Shown: positions 1-8,850 of the stretch, piece after piece | How positions within the stretch are numbered: position 1 is the first letter of the stretch | Layout of the letters: each line of letters opens with the position of its first letter | NCBI RefSeq assembly: GCF_000008465.1 | Contig: NC_006512.1 | Location: forward strand, 2,220,001 to 2,252,000 | Reading direction: 5' to 3' | From: Idiomarina loihiensis L2TR | GTDB lineage: Bacteria; Pseudomonadota; Gammaproteobacteria; Enterobacterales; Alteromonadaceae | Length of the DNA: 32,000 nucleotides | Position numbers and translations under genes: made by a program | The notes under the pieces: model-generated | Databases searched by the model: none | What the model was told of the DNA's origin: nothing | The model's input: only the letters and a program-made list of their open reading frames with translations

Positions 1-215
1 TGAAAGCTATACATACCATCGGTCAGGTAAATAACGGGGTAGACCTTATCAGTACTAGACCTATATGAGCGCGGCGTCTTAATGAAGACTGGATAGACGA
101 GTTTACTCGCGGGGTCAGTTAACTCAACTGTCTTGCTTCTGGGGATTTCTACGGCGTCATTGGCGAAGGTTACTGGGCAGAAGATGAATAGGATGAGCAC
201 CCAAACTAACTTCAT
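1..215 (-). CDS. Secreted alpha/beta-hydrolase (putative esterase family), N-terminal fragment; continues past the left window edge
   Basis: My own reverse-strand translation from ATG at 215..213 gives MKLVWVLILFIFCPVTFANDAVEIPRSKTVELTDPASKLVYPVFIKTPRSYRSSTDKVYPVIYLTDGMYSF. It has a signal-peptide-like N-terminus and a YPVIYLTDG motif typical of PF00756-type esterases. An AGGAAA Shine-Dalgarno lies 6 nt upstream. It is not in the ORF track because it is truncated by the window edge. Confidence 0.45.
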   Translation of the reverse strand, partial: MKLVWVLILFIFCPVTFANDAVEIPRSKTVELTDPASKLVYPVFIKTPRSYRSSTDKVYPVIYLTDGMYSF

Positions 216-444
216 TATTGATTTCCTATCAGCTTGAGCAAGACGCTCAGAATGGTTAACGTACTTAACCAGTTTTCACTCTTGCATTCAATAGCTTTTA
301 CCTCGACCTCTGAATAACCTTTTGCTTATGTCCGCTAAGAGCGAACAACGGACACTTCGTATCTCTAACTTTTCACTCAAGTTGGCTAGTAAGAGTTTGG
401 ACTCATAAGTTTGAAATTTCGCGCTCCTATATCTTGGATCGCTA

Positions 445-3036
445 TTAGGTCCTTTTTCTATCTTTACCCTGAAGTTCACTTAAATATTCACTTATTTGTT
501 TCAGATCTTCTGCCATTTCTCCGATGGTAGGATAAGGGTCGCCTACAGAGGGGGCACTATCATGCCCAGTAAAGTATTTACTGCATTTAGCCATCGCTGC
601 ATTAATTTTTGAGACATCTATATCACTAATGTCTGTTAATTGCCCCAAGCGCTTTGTTTGAATCGCACGCTCGAATCTATTAACAACCTTGTTCAATAGC
701 TTTTCTTCAATCAGTCGCTCCCAGCTCTCCCTCAGTAGACCGTAGAATTCGCGCGACACTCGTCTGAACTCACTATCAGTTCCATTTTGATCAATCCTTC
801 TTACTGCTTGTAACTCTGCGTTAAGTTGTTTCACACGCTTGCTGGTCGTTAATGCTTCCCATGGAGCGCTATCTCTTACTATACCTGCGAAACCTCTTCT
901 GGAGCGTTCTAACGCACAGCTACCATGAGGAGCATTCTGTTCTTCAGCAGCTTCAAGCAATAGTTTATAAAAAACAATGTCATGAGTGAAAACAATAACT
1001 TGTCGTAAAAGAGACTCTTTAACGAGTCTTTCTGCTACACGACTTCTCCACTGATGGCTAAGCGAGTTAACAGGATCATCAAAGATTACTGCCGATTTTC
1101 TATGATCAGCTTTCATCTCTGCCAGAAAAGCAGCTATCGCTATACAGCGCTGTTCTCCCTCACTGGCAATTTTTGATACCAAAGGTTCGCCACCCTCTTC
1201 AATCACAAGCTTTAGTTGTTGCGTGCCACTTCTGTTTCTTGTTTGGGCTTTTACAGAAAAACGGATAAATCCGAATTGTTTTAGCTCTTCAGAAAAAGCC
1301 TCCAATAGTGGAGTGACCACACCATTCTGGTAGATTTGAGATGCTAGAGTCGAGACAGGCCTTGTACTACATTCTCGGCCCAAAGCCTTCATTCTAGTGA
1401 TAACTTTGTGCCTTCGAATGTTACTTATTATTGCTTCACGATTTTCAGTGACAAACTTTTTATCCTCGATCTGCTGTAGCTCTGTTTCTTTCTTTTGAAT
1501 TAACTTTTGTAAGTCGGCGTTCGACTTGATGTTTTCATGCTCTGAAACAATTGATTCAATCAATTGCTTGAGTTCTTCCAGTACAGATATGTCAAGAGCA
1601 TCTATCGACTCAGGGAGACGCGAAGGATCAATGAATAGGGGCTTGCGCGAGTTTAGTTGTTGAAATAATAACTCAAAACGTTTTTCTGTTCCGGGCCGTA
1701 ACTTCTCAAACTCAATTAGCGCTGCCCTGTGCTCTTTTAGAGAAGGGGATTGGGATGAAATTAAATTAACCGCATGAGTAACTAGTTTTAGTGCGTCAGT
1801 TGCTTCTGTTGCAGCATTATCCGCTAAGAACTTACTGAGAGACTTAAGCCTTTCGGCACTCGTATCGGATACTCTCTGTAGGCAAAAGGGGCATGTATCT
1901 CCTTCTAATGGTGGAAAACTATGGCTTTTTTCCTCTTGCTCAATAAAACTTTTCGCCGCATTCCACATCGCTTGCCAACTGACACCTGCAACCGTATCTA
2001 AAGGCAAGTCCTTCAAAATAGCCACCTTTAGTTCATCAGCTTTCTTTTGTTTTTTAATATAATCTGATTGCAACAGCCTGAGTTTTCCGGCAGCTTTGTC
2101 TCCCAAGTACCGTAAGATGTCTTTAGACATATTGAGAAGCGGAGTTAAAAGTTCTTTCTGTTGATTGAGAGACGACTTTTTAGACTCTGCTGTCTGCATT
2201 TTATCTCTAATTATCGCTGAGCGAAGAGCCTCAATAGATTCAACCTCTTTAGATGACACAGTATATTGCTCAAGTTCACTTTCTTCGCTTTTGGAAGATA
2301 GATTGTTTAAAAATCGGGCTGCAGAAGTTGTCGAGTTAAGAGTTGGAATTGTTACTAGGCCATTTCCCGGCATAATATCCTCGTCAACTCTTGCCTTCAC
2401 TTGGTTAATCGCTTTTGTTAACTCGGCAAGAAGGTTAAGTCCTGTGGGTTTAAAGCCCAATTCATCTTCTTTGTTGACATAATGGTAAGCAGAGGAGCTA
2501 TCGAATACTCGAATAGCTTTCAAGGCATCATTACCAATAGCACCGGGGGTCCAGCGGAAGGTATAATTATTAGCGTTTACTTCTACGGTTATGCCTGCCT
2601 CAGGTTGAGGGTTTTGAGCCTCAAAAACATTTCCGATAATTTGAGGGCTATCGCCCCGAGTCAAACAAGCGTCCTTTAATATGTTTGTATAGCTAGACTT
2701 TCCCGCACCATTATCACCGTAAACGATAAACAATCCAGATTTTGAGAAGGTTAGACACTGATTTTCAGCTAATATTCCAACTCCTTTTACTTCGGATAGC
2801 TGAGCTAGATTGACTGTCTGTTGTTCATGCGTGAGCCCCGAGAAGTTAAGGGGCTCTTCAGCGGTGTTGACGTTAAGGTGGGTGGGTTCTATTTGATGTT
2901 CTTCTAAAGCAACGTCATATACTTCATCCAAGTGTTCCTGTGTCAACTCGCCATGTTTTAGAGTTAACCTAACTGTATGCTTCCACCATATTGGCTTGTC
3001 CTCTATCCATTGAGAAATATGTTCAATTGGTGTCAT
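445..3036 (-). CDS. RloC/PrrC-like AAA_13-type ABC ATPase with coiled-coil CxxC (zinc-hook-like) insert and C-terminal putative anticodon-nuclease-like region; candidate abortive-infection/defence protein
   Basis: 863-aa ORF with AAGGA SD 7 nt upstream of the ATG. Walker A GDNGAGKSS is at residues 107-115 (nt 2692..2718). About 500 residues of heptad-like, K/E/L/Q-rich sequence separate Walker A from the ABC signature SEGEQ (625-629). Walker B is VIFDD (650-654) and the H-loop is FTHD (about 685). CPFC sits mid-insert (residues 382-385, nt 1882..1893). The C-terminal ~170 aa carry RESWE (R769, E773) and GHD (H825). This architecture matches published descriptions of RloC (Rad50-like zinc hook plus PrrC-type R/E/H nuclease triad). 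The nuclease assignment is inference. Confidence 0.85.
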   Translation of the reverse strand: MTPIEHISQWIEDKPIWWKHTVRLTLKHGELTQEHLDEVYDVALEEHQIEPTHLNVNTAEEPLNFSGLTHEQQTVNLAQLSEVKGVGILAENQCLTFSKSGLFIVYGDNGAGKSSYTNILKDACLTRGDSPQIIGNVFEAQNPQPEAGITVEVNANNYTFRWTPGAIGNDALKAIRVFDSSSAYHYVNKEDELGFKPTGLNLLAELTKAINQVKARVDEDIMPGNGLVTIPTLNSTTSAARFLNNLSSKSEESELEQYTVSSKEVESIEALRSAIIRDKMQTAESKKSSLNQQKELLTPLLNMSKDILRYLGDKAAGKLRLLQSDYIKKQKKADELKVAILKDLPLDTVAGVSWQAMWNAAKSFIEQEEKSHSFPPLEGDTCPFCLQRVSDTSAERLKSLSKFLADNAATEATDALKLVTHAVNLISSQSPSLKEHRAALIEFEKLRPGTEKRFELLFQQLNSRKPLFIDPSRLPESIDALDISVLEELKQLIESIVSEHENIKSNADLQKLIQKKETELQQIEDKKFVTENREAIISNIRRHKVITRMKALGRECSTRPVSTLASQIYQNGVVTPLLEAFSEELKQFGFIRFSVKAQTRNRSGTQQLKLVIEEGGEPLVSKIASEGEQRCIAIAAFLAEMKADHRKSAVIFDDPVNSLSHQWRSRVAERLVKESLLRQVIVFTHDIVFYKLLLEAAEEQNAPHGSCALERSRRGFAGIVRDSAPWEALTTSKRVKQLNAELQAVRRIDQNGTDSEFRRVSREFYGLLRESWERLIEEKLLNKVVNRFERAIQTKRLGQLTDISDIDVSKINAAMAKCSKYFTGHDSAPSVGDPYPTIGEMAEDLKQISEYLSELQGKDRKRT

Positions 3037-3370
3037 AAATTAATCCTTTAAATTCAATTAGATCCAGAGCAAGCTGTAGTGCCCTCAGCGTAAAACGTGG
3101 TTATTACACTATAGTTGCCCACGTTAAAACGAAAAGCTCTAAACGACTACTTTGTATTATTAGTTAAATTTAATCAATGACTAAGCTATTAGAAGCATAT
3201 GGAGTTAAGTTAATTCCTTATGAATTATTACAACTGGGAGCGACCACATCAATTTAATAATGGCCTACCACCGGCTAAAGCAGAGAAATTAGCTAAAAAG
3301 GTGTCCGGGTTTTGTTGACCACTACACTTAGAATAGTGCGCGTTTTGTTATTGTGTTGTGTATTTAAGTC

Positions 3371-3397
3371 GTTTATTGTCAATTACATAACAAGAAA
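3371..3397 (+). repeat. Direct-repeat copy 1: decayed 3'-end fragment of a paralog of the 4241..5191 gene, including the ACATAACAAGAAA box
   Basis: GTTTATTGTCAATTACATAACAAGAAA compared with GTTTATCGCAATTCACATAACAAGAAA at 5135..5161: about 25 identities with two compensating 1-nt indels. It translates VYCQLHNKK versus VYRNSHNKK. An in-frame stop lies just upstream (TAA 3365..3367), so it is not a live gene. Weaker similarity extends about 40 nt further left. Confidence 0.6.
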
Positions 3398-3530
3398 TCA
3401 AAGTTGGATATTGTGCGCCCGTTAGGATCTAATTAAGCATACTCCATTTACTTTCGCTTATTCAGAGCGTTTCAAGGTTGAAATCTTTTTAGCTCAGTAA
3501 CTTAAAGCTAGGTAACTAGCAGTTTAAGGA

Positions 3531-3558
3531 GTGACAAATTGTGCGCGCACAATATACT
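3531..3558 (+). promoter_or_regulatory. Candidate sigma70 promoter for the membrane-protein genes: -35 GTGACA, 16-nt spacer, -10 TATACT
   Basis: GTGACA at 3531..3536 and TATACT at 3553..3558. The ATG at 3592 lies about 27 nt downstream of the predicted start site. This is a motif match by eye only. Confidence 0.45.
3538..3553. promoter_or_regulatory. Perfect 16-bp palindrome ATTGTGCGCGCACAAT filling the promoter spacer (candidate operator)
   Basis: The perfect dyad was read directly. The half-site ATTGTGCGC recurs at 3410..3418 and, as its complement GCGCACAAT, at 5303..5311. Related GTGCGC cores occur at 3336..3341, 4197..4202 and 4207..4212. Confidence 0.55.
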
Positions 3559-3591
3559 AATGTTATACGCTAAATAAGCTTGAGTAGAATC

Positions 3592-4167
3592 ATGGAATTT
3601 ATAGATAGTCATTTAGATCGTGTTAGCCCAAAACCATTTGTCGCTTGGTTTTTGGTAAGTGCTTTGCTTTGGGGGGCGTCAATTTTTGGGATGCCATTAG
3701 ATTTCGTTATTGGCAACGCGACTTACCTTAACGTCGTTTATGGAACTGTAATATGTACGGTGATTATGTTTTTGAGCTGTATTCTTCTTCCTTGCTCGTG
3801 GGTTAAAGATCGGTTTTTCGAAAAGGCGCATAGTGTCTCTAAGTTGTTTTCTGACACTGCCCTAGGTGCATCGGGGGTCATCGCAATCGTAGCCTTACAT
3901 AATGATAAATATAAAGCGTCAGCATTGCTCCTGCTAGGTGTTTTGGTCTATGTGCTGGTCGGAAACCATATTTTCCATAGTATATTTAACGAAAATAAAG
4001 GAAGCCGCAGGTTCTTTAGGAAGATTGACGAGATATCCGGAACAAAGCTAGGCGATGACGCAGAGATGGAGAGAAATATAGAAAAAACGGCGTTGGCTGT
4101 AACTGCTTTAGTGGTCTCGATGGTGGTTGGCGGGCTATTCTATGTTTTTTCTACCATTCGCCCATAA
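3592..4167 (+). CDS. Hypothetical integral membrane protein, about 5 predicted TM helices, no recognisable family
   Basis: ORF-track entry 3580..4167; I prefer the ATG at 3592 (MEFIDSH...). Hydrophobic stretches are PFVAWFLVSALLWGASIFGM, YLNVVYGTVICTVIMFLSCILLPC, ALGASGVIAIVAL, ASALLLLGVLVYVLVGNHIF and TALAVTALVVSMVVGGLFYVF. The stop TAA (4165..4167) lies inside the CATAACAAG box. Confidence 0.6.
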   Translation: MEFIDSHLDRVSPKPFVAWFLVSALLWGASIFGMPLDFVIGNATYLNVVYGTVICTVIMFLSCILLPCSWVKDRFFEKAHSVSKLFSDTALGASGVIAIVALHNDKYKASALLLLGVLVYVLVGNHIFHSIFNENKGSRRFFRKIDEISGTKLGDDAEMERNIEKTALAVTALVVSMVVGGLFYVFSTIRP

Positions 4168-4225
4168 CAAGTCGCGCCACTCGGACGCACTAAAAGTGCG
4201 CCGGTGGTGCGCTTTGGCGTTAAGT
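4162..4225 (+). other. attC-like imperfect palindrome (candidate integron cassette recombination site)
   Basis: Sequence is CCATAAC AAGTC GCGCCAC TCGGACGCAC TAAAA GTGCGCCGG TGGTGCGC TTTGGC GTTAAGT. TAAC (4165..4168) pairs with GTTA (4219..4222) across an unpaired 5x6 internal loop. GCGCCA (4174..4179) pairs with TGG[TG]CGC (4205..4212), leaving 2 bulged bases. CGG[A]CGCAC pairs with GTGCGCCG around a TAAAA loop. The 3' end GTTAAGT fits GTTRRRY. Overall layout and length resemble classical attC sites such as attC-aadA7, recalled from memory. Confidence 0.4.
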
Positions 4226-4240
4226 GATAAGGAAACTTTC

Positions 4241-5191
4241 TTGATTTTTCGCACTTTCATCGTTGTTCTTTGCTTAATTCCATGCTTCTCTTACGGTAGT
4301 GAAGCGTACTTGAACGCCGCAGAAAAACAGTTCGAGTCGTTGCTGGAGTTATTACCTGAAGATGAAAAAAGAGAGTGGAAACATAGAGACTTTGAAGAAG
4401 TCATGGATTACTCCAATAAACTGGATGAATTAAAAAAGACTGCTGAGTACATACGAAACCAATCGGACTCTAGTGACGTCGATGGAATACTAGCTTTCTC
4501 ATTTTTAGCAGATGCTATTCAATACGAGCTAGACTTAAAAACTTCGCTCGTAAATGATCTTGGACTACACCTTTATAGATCTTATGAGATCAATAATGTA
4601 AATCCCGTAAGAAAAGCAATAGAGGCAGAGCTAGTGGCGTTGCAAAATGCGAGCGGGGCACTACAACTACAAAGTAAGTTAACAAAGTACTTTAAACTTC
4701 AGCGAGAGATAGCAGAGCTTTCGAAGAACCCTCCAACCAAGATGACTCTAGAATATAGGCCTCAGGACAATGCATGGGATAGCGACCCAGAATTAGTGAA
4801 AAAATATGTACTTTTTGACTGGTTAAGTGCATTAAGCAAATTGAAAGAAAAGTTATATGAGCTACAAAAAATAAAAGATAGTTTTGCTTCGTTTAACTAT
4901 TTGAGGTTAAAAGACCCAATAGCATTTGTGTCGCTGGGAGCTCAACTTGCGATATTGTTAGTGGCAGTAGCGGGATATTTGATAAGTTACACTGAAAAAC
5001 CATCGATTAAGGTCGTCGCGTCTCTAGTGGCAGCATCAATGCTTTTGTCAGTGTTCTTGGTTTTTGTTAGCTCTAGCACGATTTTCAATCTTATTGTTCA
5101 AGCGAGTATTCCAAGTTTGTTTATCGCGTATTGGGTTTATCGCAATTCACATAACAAGAAAGTGCAGCCAACCGCTGACGGCCGCGGCTGA
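4241..5191 (+). CDS. Hypothetical membrane protein: N-terminal signal/anchor, about 210-aa helical (coiled-coil-like) soluble domain, three C-terminal TM helices
   Basis: The ORF track starts at 4127, but that extension runs through the palindrome and overlaps the upstream gene. TTG at 4241 is preceded by AAGGA (4229..4233) with 7-nt spacing and gives LIFRTFIVVLCLIPCFSYG/SEA. The C-terminal hydrophobic segments are PIAFVSLGAQLAILLVAVAGYLISY, VVASLVAASMLLSVFLVFVSS and IFNLIVQASIPSLFIAYWVY. No family recognised. Confidence 0.55.
   Translation: MIFRTFIVVLCLIPCFSYGSEAYLNAAEKQFESLLELLPEDEKREWKHRDFEEVMDYSNKLDELKKTAEYIRNQSDSSDVDGILAFSFLADAIQYELDLKTSLVNDLGLHLYRSYEINNVNPVRKAIEAELVALQNASGALQLQSKLTKYFKLQREIAELSKNPPTKMTLEYRPQDNAWDSDPELVKKYVLFDWLSALSKLKEKLYELQKIKDSFASFNYLRLKDPIAFVSLGAQLAILLVAVAGYLISYTEKPSIKVVASLVAASMLLSVFLVFVSSSTIFNLIVQASIPSLFIAYWVYRNSHNKKVQPTADGRG
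5135..5161 (+). repeat. Direct-repeat copy 2 (inside the 3' end of the 4241..5191 CDS) with the ACATAACAAGAAA box
   Basis: See 3371..3397. An identical 13-mer ACATAACAAGAAA occurs at 3385..3397 and 5149..5161. Confidence 0.6.
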
Positions 5192-5328
5192 TTTAAGGGT
5201 CAGCGTCCGCTCCTAGCACAGGGCTGCCGTAGCAGCCCACTAACAATCAAACCTCAATCGACTCCGAAATATCAAGTGCGTCATCCACTTCAATTCCAAG
5301 GTAGCGCACAATTCTGTAAAACTAGTAA

Positions 5329-5354
5329 TAAAAAAAGCCCGCTAAAAGCGGGCT
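5329..5354 (-). terminator. Rho-independent terminator of gcvP
   Basis: On the minus strand, AGCCCGC-TTTTA-GCGGGCT (7-bp stem) is followed by a run of 7 T. Confidence 0.8.
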
Positions 5355-5381
5355 CCAGAATCATGTCAGTGAGGCATCGAA

Positions 5382-5396
5382 CCTGACAACGTCAGG

Positions 5397-5400
<4 letters not shown>
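5382..5400. repeat. REP-like hairpin CCTGAC-AAC-GTCAGG followed by CTAC, abutting the gcvP stop codon
   Basis: The same GTCAGGCTAC-containing hairpin is seen at 10923..10944 and 29993..30019. Confidence 0.6.
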
Positions 5401-8285
<2,885 letters not shown>

Positions 8286-8304
8286 TTAACTCAGCCTCGT
8301 ACAT

Positions 8305-8337
8305 TTATCGGAAATTTATCGAAAACTTATCGGATAC
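8305..8337. repeat. Three tandem 11-nt repeats TTATCGGAAAT / TTATCGAAAAC / TTATCGGATAC just upstream of gcvP
   Basis: Read directly. On the coding (minus) strand they read GTATCCGATAA GTTTTCGATAA ATTTCCGATAA. They lie between the gcvH-distal hairpin and the gcvP SD (GAGG). Confidence 0.7.
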
Positions 8338-8372
8338 AAAAAACAATGAACCCCGGCTAATTTCCGGGGCTC
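8335..8372 (-). terminator. Intercistronic terminator/attenuator-like hairpin between gcvH and gcvP
   Basis: On the minus strand, CCCCGG-AAATTAG-CCGGGG is followed by TTCATTGTTTTTTG. Function as a partial terminator is inference. Confidence 0.45.
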
Positions 8373-8410
8373 AGGACGCTCTGTGTCATTGGTGCTATGC
8401 GCCAATGGCC

Positions 8411-8800
8411 TCAGTCTTCGTCGATTGAAGCCTCGTAAGTGTTGGCGTCCAGCAAGTTGTCCAGCTCGCTGCTGTCATCTGCTTTTATACGGAATAACCA
8501 GCCGTCACCGTAAGGGTCGTTGTTAACGGTTTCAGGGGCATCTTCCAGGTCTTCGTTAATCGCAACCACTTCACCTGTCATTGGTGCGTAGATGTCGGAT
8601 GCTGCTTTTACAGATTCAGCTACAGCAATGTCGTCGCCTGTTGCCACTTTGTCACCTACGTCAGGTAACTCAACAAACACCATATCGCCAAGAAGTTCCT
8701 GCGCGTGCTCAGAGATACCTACTGTAAAGGTACCGTCGCCCTCGTCACGAACCCACTCGTGAGTTGATGCGTATTTCAAATCTGCTGGAATATTGCTCAT
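8411..8800 (-). CDS. gcvH: Glycine cleavage system H protein (lipoyl carrier)
   Basis: 129 aa with the ESVKAASD lipoyl-lysine motif, positioned between gcvT and gcvP. Confidence 0.97.
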   Translation of the reverse strand: MSNIPADLKYASTHEWVRDEGDGTFTVGISEHAQELLGDMVFVELPDVGDKVATGDDIAVAESVKAASDIYAPMTGEVVAINEDLEDAPETVNNDPYGDGWLFRIKADDSSELDNLLDANTYEASIDED

Positions 8801-8850
8801 TTTACTTTCCTTCTAACCGGCGTACCCGGAATGTATTGAATCTTGTTCGA

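Noticed and set aside
288-479. 63-aa basic ORF (minus strand) overlapping the 3' end of the ATPase gene by 35 nt; considered as a small partner protein
   Set aside because: It starts with GTG, has no Shine-Dalgarno and shows no recognisable motif. It also occupies the region that must hold the esterase promoter. It cannot be excluded as a small gene, but the sequence gives no support for it.
3178-3261. 27-codon ORF MTKLLEAYGVKLIPYELLQLGATTSI in the divergent spacer
   Set aside because: It is too short, has no SD and has no recognisable motif.
3312-3425. 37-codon hydrophobic mini-ORF (LLTTTLRIVRVLLLCCVFKSFIVNYITRNQSWILCAR); considered as a type I toxin-like peptide
   Set aside because: It has a TTG or GTG start only and no SD. 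It lies in T/G-rich decayed sequence homologous at nucleotide level to the 3' end of the 4241..5191 gene in a different frame, so it is most likely a by-product of the pseudogene fragment.
3541-3569. Resemblance of GCGCACAA-TATAC-TAATGTTATAC to a XerC/XerD dif site (GGTGCGCATAA-TGTATA-TTATGTTAAAT); also AGTGCGCGTTT at 3335
   Set aside because: Each arm matches only about 8 of 11 positions, and the arms align only with a 5-nt central region, whereas the Xer sites I know of have 6-8 nt. The same bases are better explained as the operator palindrome plus the -10 box. It is still worth a formal dif-model scan.
4127-4240. ORF-track N-terminal extension of the second membrane protein (MAGYSMFFLPFAHNKSRHSDALKVRRWCALALSDKETF)
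   Set aside because: It overlaps the upstream CDS by 41 nt and reads straight through the attC-like palindrome. It lacks an SD, whereas the TTG at 4241 has AAGGA at ideal spacing and yields a signal-peptide-like N-terminus.
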